A DNA stretch of 43,248 nucleotides, taken from a virus. Taxonomy: Duplodnaviria; Caudoviricetes. The stretch lies in the IMG/VR virus record IMGVR_UViG_3300014167_000005, positions 1 through 43,248 of that record; one strand, given 5' to 3'. Of the stretch, positions 26,208 to 35,683 are shown piece after piece. The notes below the pieces were generated by a model, which had not been told where the DNA came from, searched no databases, and saw only the letters and a list, made by a program, of their open reading frames with translations. Made by a program: the position numbers and the translations under genes. Position 1 is the stretch's first letter. Every line of letters starts with the position of its first letter.

Positions 26208-27397
26208 TGCAAAGTTTGACTGCACTGATGGGCGGCGGTGGCCGCTTCTCGCACTTCGTTCAACTCACGGGCTCCGGAGTGTGGACTGTTCCGCCCGGCG
26301 TGCAGATGGTCCGCGCGCTCATGGCCGCTGGCGGATCGGGTGGGACCAGCGTATGCGTAGGTGGTGCGAATCCCTGTCAGTCCGGAGGTTCCAGCGCCTA
26401 TGCTGAGGTGGATTACCCGGTTCTGGGCCAAGCCTCGATTCCGTTCAGCGTCGGGGCCGGTGGCGCAGGAGTCCAGACCAGCGTCTATGCCGGCACGCTT
26501 TCTTTGTGTTCCTCTGTCGTTAACCCATACCTCAGTAGCTACAACGACTGGATGCTGACGGTCCCGAGCGCACTGATCTCCGGTCTACCTGCTGGCACGC
26601 CGGTGATGCTCAAGACGACAGCGGGAGCAGGTAGTGGCACAGCAACGATGACCTTTGCGAGTACGCCGGGATTTGGAATTGCCGTTGGCTGGACCGTGTA
26701 CGTCGAGGGTGACAGTGCCACACGCGTGATTCAATCCATTGCTGGCGGTGTGGTGACGTTAACAACAAACATAGCTGGAACGGTAAGTGCAGGTGTCAAT
26801 CGGATTTTCTTTGCACCTCCGACTACATTGGCTTCTGCACAACAATTCGGCATCTATATCGCATCGCTGCCTTATGTTGCTATCGGTTCTGCCAGCTACT
26901 TGTCGAACTACAATGGCGCTTTCATTGCATCGAGCACGACGCTTCTGGTGTTTAGGGTGGCGAACACTCAGGCCACGCCGGCAAACGGTGCGGCACTGGT
27001 TCTTTCGACAGTACCGGTGTTTCCCGTTAGTGGAAGCAACACAATCTTTGGGAATCTGATCGTGTATGGTGGAACGCCGGCGGCCAGCAGCAAGGCGCTG
27101 GGCACGCCGAACGGATCGTTCACTCTGCCGCAGCTCTCAAGTAGTTCATACGAAGCGCTGTTGGGAGGATTTGTTTTCATCCCCGGTGTGGATGGAACAT
27201 ACTCGGGTGCTGGCGCTGCGTGCGGTGTGCCGAACGGCTCGCTGGTGGGTGCTGGTGCCGGTGGCGTGAGCGCTAACCCGGTGGCAGGCAATGGTGGGCC
27301 CGGTGCCGGGGGCGGGGCTCCTGCTGCCACGAACGTCTCTGCCCCCGCGCCATGCGGCGGCAATGGCGGCAGTGGCCTGCTGTATCTCCTGTATTAG
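26207..27397 (+). CDS. Glycine-rich tail fibre / receptor-binding protein
   Basis: GSGVWTVPPGV....AAGGSGG...SVGAGG N-part and GAGGG...GGNGGSG C-part of a glycine-rich fibre domain, enclosing a lower-GC central insert. Confidence 0.7.
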   Translation: MQSLTALMGGGGRFSHFVQLTGSGVWTVPPGVQMVRALMAAGGSGGTSVCVGGANPCQSGGSSAYAEVDYPVLGQASIPFSVGAGGAGVQTSVYAGTLSLCSSVVNPYLSSYNDWMLTVPSALISGLPAGTPVMLKTTAGAGSGTATMTFASTPGFGIAVGWTVYVEGDSATRVIQSIAGGVVTLTTNIAGTVSAGVNRIFFAPPTTLASAQQFGIYIASLPYVAIGSASYLSNYNGAFIASSTTLLVFRVANTQATPANGAALVLSTVPVFPVSGSNTIFGNLIVYGGTPAASSKALGTPNGSFTLPQLSSSSYEALLGGFVFIPGVDGTYSGAGAACGVPNGSLVGAGAGGVSANPVAGNGGPGAGGGAPAATNVSAPAPCGGNGGSGLLYLLY

Positions 27398-27406
27398 GAA
27401 GGGCGC

Positions 27407-27778
27407 ATGCAATACATTAAACAAGGCACAAACACCTTTCAGGTAATTAATGGCGAGCAAGTGTTGATCGATGCCAACGACAACTACGATGTCAACGCCG
27501 ATGGCAGCATTGTTCCGAAACAGCATGTGTGGCTATCGAAGCTCCAGTTCCGCAACCTGTTCAGCATGGATGAACTGGTCGCGCTCGACAACTTCGCCTC
27601 AAGCACCACGCTGACCTCTGATCAGAAAGCGTATCTTACGACGCTCATGAAGAACGTCGATGCTGCCGAGACGATCGACCTCTGCTATCCGATGACGCAG
27701 CAGGGGCTGGCCTACATCGAATCCGCGGGTTTAATCGCCGCAGGGCGAGCAGCCCAGATCCTCGCCACTACGGTCTAA
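27407..27778 (+). CDS. Tail fibre-associated/assembly protein
   Basis: LSKLQFRNLFS..E...IDL......GL......GLI...RA.QIL pattern common after fibre genes. Confidence 0.6.
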   Translation: MQYIKQGTNTFQVINGEQVLIDANDNYDVNADGSIVPKQHVWLSKLQFRNLFSMDELVALDNFASSTTLTSDQKAYLTTLMKNVDAAETIDLCYPMTQQGLAYIESAGLIAAGRAAQILATTV

Positions 27779-27847
27779 CGCTTCGTCCAGACAGTTTCTT
27801 TCGGCCGGCCCGAACCGGCGTAAACCACTCAAAGGAGAAAATCACTT

Positions 27848-29470
27848 ATGTCAGGAAACCAGTTCCTGCACGGTGCCGAAGTTCTGCAAATCGACACCGG
27901 CTCGCGGCCGATCACGACTCCGTCCTCGGCGGTGATTGGCCTGATCGGCTCCGCCCCGTTCGGGCCGCTCAACACCCCGACACTCATCAGCGGCAGTCAG
28001 TCGCTCGCAACCCAGACGTTCGGTCCTGCTGGCTACGGCTTCACGATCCCGGATGCGCTGGCTGCGATCTTCGCGCAGTGCGGCGCCCAGGTGGTCGTCG
28101 TCAACGTGGCGGACCCGAACGACAACACGCTCCAGACCAACGTTGCTGCCGCTCCACTGGCGTTCAGCTCGCTGGGCCAGATTCAGCTTCCGCATGTCGC
28201 GGCGTCGGCAGTTGCGCTTACCGGGCCGGTGACCGCACCCATGGTGTTTCAGGGCACCGCTTTGCCTTTGCCTGCGGGCGCCAGCGCGCCGGTCGTAAAG
28301 TCGGCCGACGGCACGAAGACCTACGCGCTGACCACGGACTACACCTTCGCGGGCGGCACGATCACACAGGTTGGCGGGGGCGGCTTGATTGCGAACCAGG
28401 CGGTGCTGGTGACTTACACCATCGCCGGCATCACCTCCGGTACCGACTACACGGTCGCGGCTCAGGCCGGCCTCATCACCCTTATCTCCGGCGGGAAGAT
28501 CGCAGCCAATGCCACGCTCAATGTGGCATACAGCTACCTCGACCCGACCAAGGTGACGCAGGCGGTGGCGGCCGGCGGCACGAACGCCACCACGGGCGCC
28601 TACACGGGCGCACAGGCGTTGCTTGCCGCGGCGAGCGTTGCGGGCGTCACCCCGCGCATTCTTTGCGCGCCGGGTTTTACCGGCGTCAAGACAGGCACAA
28701 CCGCCAACGCGGTCATCGCTGCGCTGGATGCAGTGGCGGGCAAACTGCGCGCAATCCAAGTGGCGGACGGGCCCAGCGCTGCCAACGGCCCGCTCACCAG
28801 CGACGCCTCGGCGATCAGCTTCCGCAATGACTGGGGTTCGAAGCGCATCTTCCTGGTCGACCCGGGCGTGATCCGTTTGAACCCGGTCACGGACGTCAAC
28901 GACACGCAGCCGGCTTCTGCTTACGTCGCCGGCGTGATCGCGAACCAGGACGCCACCAACGGCTTCTGGTTCTCGCCGTCGAACCAAGTGCTCAACGGCG
29001 TGCTCGGCACCAATCGCCCTGTGGACTTCGCCATGGGGGATTACTCCAGCCGCGCCAATCTGCTCAACCAGAACGATATTTCGACAGTAATTTACCAGGA
29101 TGGCTACCGGCTGTGGGGCAACCGCACCTGCTCGGCCGATCCGCAGTGGACTTTCGTGTCGGTCGTTCGCACCGCCGACATGATCAACGACGCGATTCTC
29201 GAGAGCTTCCTCTGGGCTGTGGACCGCAACATCACCAAGACCTTCCTCTCGGACGTCGTCGATGGCGTCAACTCCTACCTGCGCAGCCTGCAGGCCGAGG
29301 GCGCCATCATCGACGGCAAAGCCTGGGCCGATCCGGAGCTGAACACCCCGGCGACGATCGCCAACGGCCAGATCTACATCGACTTCGATTTCGCCCCGCC
29401 TTACCCGGCTGAGCACATCACCTTCCAGTCGATGATCAACGACAACTACCTCACGGAGGTGACCGCGTAA
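27848..29470 (+). CDS. Tail sheath protein (P2 FI-like)
   Basis: FLHG.EV....G.RPI, PRIL.APG, GFW.SPSN, GYRLWGNRT, F.SV.RT.D, P.PAEHITF. Confidence 0.96.
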   Translation: MSGNQFLHGAEVLQIDTGSRPITTPSSAVIGLIGSAPFGPLNTPTLISGSQSLATQTFGPAGYGFTIPDALAAIFAQCGAQVVVVNVADPNDNTLQTNVAAAPLAFSSLGQIQLPHVAASAVALTGPVTAPMVFQGTALPLPAGASAPVVKSADGTKTYALTTDYTFAGGTITQVGGGGLIANQAVLVTYTIAGITSGTDYTVAAQAGLITLISGGKIAANATLNVAYSYLDPTKVTQAVAAGGTNATTGAYTGAQALLAAASVAGVTPRILCAPGFTGVKTGTTANAVIAALDAVAGKLRAIQVADGPSAANGPLTSDASAISFRNDWGSKRIFLVDPGVIRLNPVTDVNDTQPASAYVAGVIANQDATNGFWFSPSNQVLNGVLGTNRPVDFAMGDYSSRANLLNQNDISTVIYQDGYRLWGNRTCSADPQWTFVSVVRTADMINDAILESFLWAVDRNITKTFLSDVVDGVNSYLRSLQAEGAIIDGKAWADPELNTPATIANGQIYIDFDFAPPYPAEHITFQSMINDNYLTEVTA

Positions 29471-29976
29471 TGCCTTATCCGCAACGTCTGCAGAACTTTT
29501 CGGTCTTTGCCGACGGCAAAGGCTATGTGGGCCTCGCGCCCGAGCTCAATTTGCCGAAGGTGACTTCGAAGACGGAGGAGTACCGCGCCGGAGGCATGGA
29601 CACGCCGGTCGAGGTCATTACCGGCACGGAGAAGCTCGAGTGCTCCTTCACGCTGGCCGAATACAACGCCGCCGTGATGGCGCTGTGGGGCATCACCACG
29701 AGCGCGGAAACCCAGTTCAGCTTCCGCGGCGCCGTGCAACGCCAGGGCGAGGACGCGCAGGCGATCGTCGCTACGGTCGGGGGCCGGATCAAAGAGCTGG
29801 ATCCGGGCACTTGGAAGGCGGGCGATCAGGCCACGCTCAAGGCGTCCATCGCGGTGACCTATTACCGGCTTACCGTCAACGGCACGGATGTGATCGAGAT
29901 CGACGTCGTCAACATGAAACGCATCATCAAGGGCGTCGATCAACTAGCCAGCCAGCGCACGGCGCTGGGCATCTAA
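29470..29976 (+). CDS. Major tail tube protein (P2 FII-like)
   Basis: L.NF..F.DG..Y.G, LPK...KTEEYRAGGM, EID.VNM...I.GVD.LA..R.ALG. Confidence 0.96.
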   Translation: MPYPQRLQNFSVFADGKGYVGLAPELNLPKVTSKTEEYRAGGMDTPVEVITGTEKLECSFTLAEYNAAVMALWGITTSAETQFSFRGAVQRQGEDAQAIVATVGGRIKELDPGTWKAGDQATLKASIAVTYYRLTVNGTDVIEIDVVNMKRIIKGVDQLASQRTALGI

Positions 29977-30051
29977 GCCATCTCCGCAGCCACGGCAGGC
30001 CCGGTCCGGGCGGGATTCCCGGAGCAGACTACTTTCGCTTTCCTTGGAGAT

Positions 30052-30081
30052 GGGGCGGCGTTGCGAGCCGCCCCGCTTTTT
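30052..30081 (+). terminator. Rho-independent terminator after the tube gene
   Basis: GGGGCGGC-7nt-GCCGCCCC-GCTTTTT. Confidence 0.65.
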
Positions 30082-30092
30082 AGCAGGATTCC

Positions 30093-30371
30093 ATGCAGCA
30101 ATCTGAAACCACGATCAAACTCGAATACCCAATTACTTCCGGCGCGCAACTGCTCCAGGAGATCACTTTGCGCCGGCCAAAGGTCAAGGACACCCTCGCC
30201 GCCCAGAAAGTGGCCGGCAGCTCGGCTGAGCAGGAGGTCCGCCTGGTGGCGAATCTCGCGAGCCTCACACCGGCCGAAATCGAAGAGCTCGATGCCGCCG
30301 ATTATGCGCGCCTGCAGGCGGTACTTGAGCGTTTTTTCTCCCCGACGCCGCGGAACTCCGCCAAGCAGTAG
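30093..30371 (+). CDS. Tail assembly chaperone (P2 gpE-like)
   Basis: L.YPI......EITLRRPKVKD, E..L.ANL.....EI.ELD.ADY..LQ, between tube and tape measure. Confidence 0.9.
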   Translation: MQQSETTIKLEYPITSGAQLLQEITLRRPKVKDTLAAQKVAGSSAEQEVRLVANLASLTPAEIEELDAADYARLQAVLERFFSPTPRNSAKQ

Positions 30372-30493
30372 TCTTCCTTGCAAACGTGACCGGCTGGTCT
30401 CTGTCCGAACTTCTCGAGATGTCGCTCGAGGATTTCCGCGACTGGTGTGAAGCCGCGCAATCTCTCCGCGAAACGCTCTCTTCCCAAAGCTGA
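30332..30493 (+). CDS. -1 frameshift extension of the chaperone (gpE+E' equivalent)
   Basis: Slippery T-TTT-TTC at 30332-30338. The -1 frame reads FLPDAAELRQAVVFLANVTGWSLSELLEMSLEDFRDWCEAA...; its TGA (30491-30493) overlaps the tape measure ATG. Confidence 0.8.
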   Translation, partial: FFLPDAAELRQAVVFLANVTGWSLSELLEMSLEDFRDWCEAAQSLRETLSSQS

Positions 30494-32952
30494 TGCCTAC
30501 TTCCAACGCCAGTGTCGTCGTCAAAATCGGTGCGCTGATGGATGCGACCGTCGGCTCGGTCTTCGGCAAGACCACGTCTGGTCTCAAGAAGATCGGCGAC
30601 ACGCTGAAAGAGTTGGCGTCGCGCTCGCAGGAGATGAAGCGGCTGGACGCGGCGAGTGGGCGCCTGGGTGAGTCCGTAGAAACGCTCACCGCGCGGTATG
30701 AGAAGCAGAGCGGGACGCTAGCTAAGGCGGAAGCCTCCTTCGCGAAGGTCAAAGAGAAGATTACGGCGGCCGGGGGTGCTGACGAGAAGCTGGCCGCCCA
30801 GCTTGCGCGTGCCGATGAGGCGTTGCTGCGCGCCCGGGCGAACCTGGACCGCACCAGCGTCAGCCTGGCCAAAGCCAAGACGGATTACACCGAGGCCTCC
30901 GCGGCGGCGGAGAAATTCCGCGCGGCCAATCAGCACGTGGAAGCCTCGCTCGACCACCTGGGCGCGGCCATGAAGCGCTACGAAGGGGCGAGCGCCGCGC
31001 TCAAGAAGAACCAGGCCAACCGCGCGCAATGGCGGGCCGCCATGGTGGAGGTCGGCATCCTGGGCGCCGCGGTGAAGCGCGTTTTCGACAAGGCGAGCGA
31101 ATCGGAGGATGCCAAGATTCGGCTGGGCTTCGTCCTGCGTGGCGACAAGAAACAAATCGGTGACGTGATCCGGGAAACGCGAGCTTTCGTGCATAACAGC
31201 TCGGCCACGATGCCGGAAATGCTCGCCATCCAGGGCACACTTAACCGGGAAGGGTTGCAGGCGGACGAAGCGCTGATCGCTTCGAAGACCGTGCACATGG
31301 TCTCGGAAGTAACGCAGCAAGATGCGGCGGAGACGGCCAAGGCCATCACGAACATTTACAACACTGTCGGGCTGCAGATGGTGGGCTCGACGCAAGCGAA
31401 ACTCGCACGCATCGGCGACCTCGCGGCGGCGATGCAGCAGAACTTTGCCATTGAGGATATCGGCGGCCTGGGCTCCGGCCTCGCGAAGGCGTTGCCGCAG
31501 GCCAGCATGGCGCGGGTGAGCTTCGAACAAACCGGGGCTGCGATTGGCGCGCTCACCCGCTATGGCATCGACGCGGGCGGCGCTGGGCAACAAATGAGTG
31601 CGGTGCTGCGCAATTTGACCAAGGCTTCGAAAGAGCTTGGTTTCCAACTGGTTCACGACGCCAAGGGCAACCTGGACTTCGAAGGCACCATCCTCTCCTT
31701 GAATGCTCGCCTGAACCGGATGGGCGGTCTCGAGCGCAACCGGGATGCGCTGACCAAGGCGTTCACCCGGCGTGGTGCCGACGCGGCATTCTACCTTTCG
31801 CGCGCTGCCGCGACCGGGGAACTTGTGCACGCACAGGATGCGCTGGCGGCTAGCACTGGACGCGTTCAAGAGGAGTATCGGAAGTTAGAGAATTCTCCAC
31901 AAAAGCAATGGGAAAGGGCGGTCAAGAACATCGGGATGATCTTCAACCCGATTGGCATCGCGATGATGCCGGCCGCCACGGCGGTGCTCGAAAAGCTGGA
32001 AGGCGCTTGCGCCAAGCTCGGCGCGTTCTTTGATGAACATCCGACCGCAGCGAAGTGGATTGGCGGAGTGACCGTTGCTGCGCTGGGCCTTGGTGGTGCC
32101 ATTACCATCGTCGGTTATGCAATGACGTCGATCCTGACGCCGTTTCTAAAGATGAAGGAACTGGCACTGCTGTGGAAGCTGCGCAGTTTGGAGACGACGA
32201 TCCAACTTGGCGCGCAGAACGTCGCAACCGGCGAGGCAGCGGTCGCCACCGAGGGCCTGGCTGTGGCGGAAGGCGAGGAAGCGACGGCCGGCGCGGCGTC
32301 GAAAGCGGGTCTTTTGACGCGTGTCCCACTCCTGGGGCGGCTGGCCAGCGCGCTGGGGCGTGTACGCGATGCCGAGTTGGAAGTGGCCACGGCGGCAGGC
32401 ACCGCGGAAACCGCAGAAGCCGGGCTCATGGCGACACTGGCGCCGTTGCTTGGGATCGGACTCCTGGGCGCCGCCACGGGTGGTGCGATTGCCTATCATC
32501 AGCAGAAAGAGTTTCAGGCCGCGACGGATGAACGGTTCAAGCGCTGGTCCGGCACGCACATTGTTCTGAACTACGCCGCGCCGTCTCCCGGCGTTGCTTT
32601 GGAGGGAGCGCAACTCCCTGGTGGCCATGCTATTCCGACCGCTCCGGTAACGCCGCTCCACACCGGGCTCGACGGCCTGATTGAGATCAAGCAGCCGAAG
32701 AGGATGGCGAAGGGCGGCATCGCTACGAAGCCGACGTTGGTCGAGGTGGGCGACGCCGGCACGGAGGGCATTGTTCCTTTGCCGCACGGCTTCCGGCAGG
32801 GTCTGGGAAACAGCACCACGATCACGATTCATATGCCCATCACCATTCACGACGCCACTGATCCGCGCGCAGTCGCCTTGCAGGTGCGCTCGGAGCTGGA
32901 GCATGCAGTGCGGGACGCGGAAGCGCGCCGGCGCGGAGGAATGCACGACTGA
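30493..32952 (+). CDS. Tail tape measure protein
   Basis: 819 aa Ala-rich helical protein, central TP901-like region, MAKGG....PTL..VG.AG.E.IVPL motif. Position after the chaperone. Confidence 0.92.
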   Translation: MPTSNASVVVKIGALMDATVGSVFGKTTSGLKKIGDTLKELASRSQEMKRLDAASGRLGESVETLTARYEKQSGTLAKAEASFAKVKEKITAAGGADEKLAAQLARADEALLRARANLDRTSVSLAKAKTDYTEASAAAEKFRAANQHVEASLDHLGAAMKRYEGASAALKKNQANRAQWRAAMVEVGILGAAVKRVFDKASESEDAKIRLGFVLRGDKKQIGDVIRETRAFVHNSSATMPEMLAIQGTLNREGLQADEALIASKTVHMVSEVTQQDAAETAKAITNIYNTVGLQMVGSTQAKLARIGDLAAAMQQNFAIEDIGGLGSGLAKALPQASMARVSFEQTGAAIGALTRYGIDAGGAGQQMSAVLRNLTKASKELGFQLVHDAKGNLDFEGTILSLNARLNRMGGLERNRDALTKAFTRRGADAAFYLSRAAATGELVHAQDALAASTGRVQEEYRKLENSPQKQWERAVKNIGMIFNPIGIAMMPAATAVLEKLEGACAKLGAFFDEHPTAAKWIGGVTVAALGLGGAITIVGYAMTSILTPFLKMKELALLWKLRSLETTIQLGAQNVATGEAAVATEGLAVAEGEEATAGAASKAGLLTRVPLLGRLASALGRVRDAELEVATAAGTAETAEAGLMATLAPLLGIGLLGAATGGAIAYHQQKEFQAATDERFKRWSGTHIVLNYAAPSPGVALEGAQLPGGHAIPTAPVTPLHTGLDGLIEIKQPKRMAKGGIATKPTLVEVGDAGTEGIVPLPHGFRQGLGNSTTITIHMPITIHDATDPRAVALQVRSELEHAVRDAEARRRGGMHD

Positions 32953-33842
32953 TGGCTACCGACATCATGATGCAGCTCGGGAACTTCCAGTTCTCGATCG
33001 GTACTGCCGCGTATCAGGAGTTGCGCCGCAATGTGGAATACCGCTGGGCGGAACTGAACCGGATCGCTCATCGGCCCTCGCTTCAATTCGTCGGCGTGGG
33101 CCGCGATGAAATCGAGCTGCGCGGCGTGATCCTGCCCACGTTCCAGGGCGGCATTCACCAGGTGGACATTCTGCGCACCTACGCTCAGAAGGGCCAGCCG
33201 CAGACGCTCACCACCGGGCGCGGTGAGAACTGGGGCCCGTGGTGCGTGCTGGCGATCACCGATGAACAGCGGACGATGACGTTCAAAGGAACGCCGCTCA
33301 AGATCGAGTTCACTCTGCGGCTCAGCTATTACGGTCCGGATGATGAGAGCAGTGGTTCGAAAGGCTACGTCTCCTCGACCTGGTACAACCTCCTGGGTAA
33401 ACAGGGCGCGACATTGATCACGCCGCCCGATATCGCGACCGCCAAGTCCGGCGTCGTGCCGCCGGTAAAAGCCTCGCAACTGGGCAGCATGACACCCGCA
33501 CTCGCTGCTGCCAAGATTCCTCCCCAGGTTGCGGCATCGACGCTCACCAAGGCGATTCAGCAGGTGCAGTTGATCGAGAAGGACGCCACCGCCGCGGCAA
33601 CCGTCCTCGCGCAAATTTCGATGACGGTCTCGAGCCTGAAGAGCGGGATTGCCCATGATCCGGTGGGCACGCTAAGCCGGTTGCTCACCAGTGGGATCGG
33701 GCAGACCGGGATCCGGACGCTGTTCGGATCGGACCTGGCAGGATCGCTCTCCCAGATCGGGGCGGCCGTGCAGATCGGCCAGGGCACCGTCCCGACTGTG
33801 GGCAACCTGCTTGTCGCTACAGCGAGGAGCGTGAATCACTGA
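32952..33842 (+). CDS. P2 GpU-like tail protein with about 165-aa C-terminal extension
   Basis: MMQLG.F.FS..TAAYQ.L.R...YRW....R....P.LQF.G.G.D.I.L.G, G...G.W, IEFTL.L..Y. Confidence 0.88.
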   Translation: MATDIMMQLGNFQFSIGTAAYQELRRNVEYRWAELNRIAHRPSLQFVGVGRDEIELRGVILPTFQGGIHQVDILRTYAQKGQPQTLTTGRGENWGPWCVLAITDEQRTMTFKGTPLKIEFTLRLSYYGPDDESSGSKGYVSSTWYNLLGKQGATLITPPDIATAKSGVVPPVKASQLGSMTPALAAAKIPPQVAASTLTKAIQQVQLIEKDATAAATVLAQISMTVSSLKSGIAHDPVGTLSRLLTSGIGQTGIRTLFGSDLAGSLSQIGAAVQIGQGTVPTVGNLLVATARSVNH

Positions 33843-34054
33843 TGACCCAGCAGTACACGACCGAGTCGGGCGACATGGTCGACGCGATCGCCCACAAGGT
33901 CTATGGCGCGACGGCGGGCTACACCGAGGCCATCTTGGCCGCGAATCCCGGCCTCGCCGACGAAGGTCCGCTCTTGCCCGCGGGGATCGCCATCACGCTC
34001 CCGGATCTCAGCGACCAGGCCCAGCAGATTCAGACCGTGAAGCTCTGGAGCTGA
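33842..34054 (+). CDS. Tail protein X (LysM-like)
   Basis: Y.T..GD.VD.I....YG.......IL.ANPGLA..GP.LPAG..I.LP, ends LW. Confidence 0.93.
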   Translation: MTQQYTTESGDMVDAIAHKVYGATAGYTEAILAANPGLADEGPLLPAGIAITLPDLSDQAQQIQTVKLWS

Positions 34055-34056
34055 CA

Positions 34057-35145
34057 ATGACACCGCAATTTCAAATCACCGCCAACGATGTCGATCTCAC
34101 ATCTAAGATCGCGGCGCGCCTGATCCGCCTGCGCATCACCGACGAAGTGGGCGTGACTTCCGACCAGTTGCAGCTCGACCTGGATGACCGGGATGCGGCC
34201 ATTGTGCTGCCGCCCTTCGGCGCGACGCTCGAATGTTCGCTTGGATACAAGGAATCCGGCTTGTCCGCGATGGGCCGCTGGATCGTGGATGAGCTGGAGG
34301 TGGAAGGGCCGGACCGGCGCCTGACGCTCCGGGCGCGCAGCGCCAACACCCCGGCGCCCGCGGCGAATGCGAACTCGACCTGCATTTCCGGACTGCAGGC
34401 CCGCAACAATGACACCTACGCCGGACTGACGGTCGCGGGAATTGTGGCGAAGATTGCCGCCCGCAATCACCTGGGCGCGGCGGTCGATCCGGCGATCGGC
34501 GCGTTCCAGATCGCACACCGCGCGCAGACCGGCCAGAGCGATAACGAATACCTTTCGGTGCTGCTCGAGCTGGTGAACGCCGGCTGGAAGATCCAGGGCG
34601 GCAAGATCATCGTCTTTCAGCACGACGCCGGCGTTGCGCCGTCGGCGTCTGGTGGAACCGGCCAGTCGATTCCGGCGACGAACATTGCACCCACCGACTG
34701 CTTGCGCTGGTCTGCCACGCTGACCCGGCGCAGCTCGCACCGGCGTGCCCGGGCGCGCTATCACGATCCGCAGGCCGGCCAGGACACTTACTTGGAAGCA
34801 GTCTCGGACGATGCCACGGAGGAAGACACCGTCGATACCGATCCGGCGGAGTACCCGAACAGTGACGAGGCGTTGGCCGCCGCTACGTCAAGGGTGCAAC
34901 GCCTCGATCGCGGCTCGGAGCTGCTCCGCCTCACGCTGCAGGGCAATCCCACGATCTGTGCAGAAGGCCCGGTAATTCTCTCCGGCTTCCGGCCGGAGAT
35001 CGACCATGCCTGGATCGCGGTGCGCGTGACGCACACCGTGGAGCAGCAGTCCGGCTACACCACCGAGATTGAAGCGCAGAAGACCCTCATGCAGGCCGCC
35101 AGCTACCGGCAGCGCAAGGGCCTCACTGCAACCAGACCGAAATAA
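34057..35145 (+). CDS. Late control D / baseplate hub protein
   Basis: P.F.I.....D.T.....RL..L.ITD..G..SD.L.L.LDD, LGY..SGL..MG...VDE, L.GFRP.ID..W....V.H. Confidence 0.9.
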   Translation: MTPQFQITANDVDLTSKIAARLIRLRITDEVGVTSDQLQLDLDDRDAAIVLPPFGATLECSLGYKESGLSAMGRWIVDELEVEGPDRRLTLRARSANTPAPAANANSTCISGLQARNNDTYAGLTVAGIVAKIAARNHLGAAVDPAIGAFQIAHRAQTGQSDNEYLSVLLELVNAGWKIQGGKIIVFQHDAGVAPSASGGTGQSIPATNIAPTDCLRWSATLTRRSSHRRARARYHDPQAGQDTYLEAVSDDATEEDTVDTDPAEYPNSDEALAAATSRVQRLDRGSELLRLTLQGNPTICAEGPVILSGFRPEIDHAWIAVRVTHTVEQQSGYTTEIEAQKTLMQAASYRQRKGLTATRPK

Positions 35146-35155
35146 GGAAAACATC

Positions 35156-35644
35156 ATGAACGCATCGGAGAATTGCTTTCGACTGATCGAAGGCTCGGAG
35201 GGCTGTGAGCTGAAGGCCTATCCGTGCCCGTCCGGAATCCCCACCATCGGCTACGGCCATACCGCCAGCGTCCGGCTGGGCATGACGTGCACGCCGGCGC
35301 AGGCCTCGGCCTGGCTCTGTGAGGATGTCCACTATGCAGAGAATCTGGTGCAGGAGCACGTGAAGGTCGCGCTCACTCAGGACCAGTTCGACGCGCTGGT
35401 CTCCATCCTCTTTAATGTCGGGCCGGGCGCGAAGGGCGTGAAGGACGGGATTATTGTTCTCGCCGATGGCCAGAGCTCGACGCTGCTGAGCAAACTCAAC
35501 GCTGGTGATTATGCCGGCGCAGCCGACGAGTTCCCCAAGTGGTGCCACGGCGCGGGCGGCACGCTGCTCGCTGGCCTGGTAACGCGCAGGGCGCGCGAAC
35601 GGGCGCTTTTCCTGGGCCTCCAGGACTACATGCACGCCGCCTGA
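35156..35644 (+). CDS. Endolysin, GH24 (T4/P21-type) lysozyme
   Basis: EGCELKAYPCPSGIPTIGYGHT (E-x8-C-x5-T triad), LTQ.QFDALVS..FNVG, GLV.RR..ERALF. AAGGA RBS. Confidence 0.95.
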   Translation: MNASENCFRLIEGSEGCELKAYPCPSGIPTIGYGHTASVRLGMTCTPAQASAWLCEDVHYAENLVQEHVKVALTQDQFDALVSILFNVGPGAKGVKDGIIVLADGQSSTLLSKLNAGDYAGAADEFPKWCHGAGGTLLAGLVTRRARERALFLGLQDYMHAA

Positions 35645-35683
35645 CAGGGCGGCCCACCAAGTCCACTTCCGCAGAACAACATC

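Noticed and set aside
27851-29416. 521-aa minus-strand ORF
   Set aside because: Shadow of the tail sheath gene.
19089-35145. Stand-alone tailocin or extracellular contractile injection system
   Set aside because: Complete head, portal, terminase and replication genes are linked, so this is a phage.
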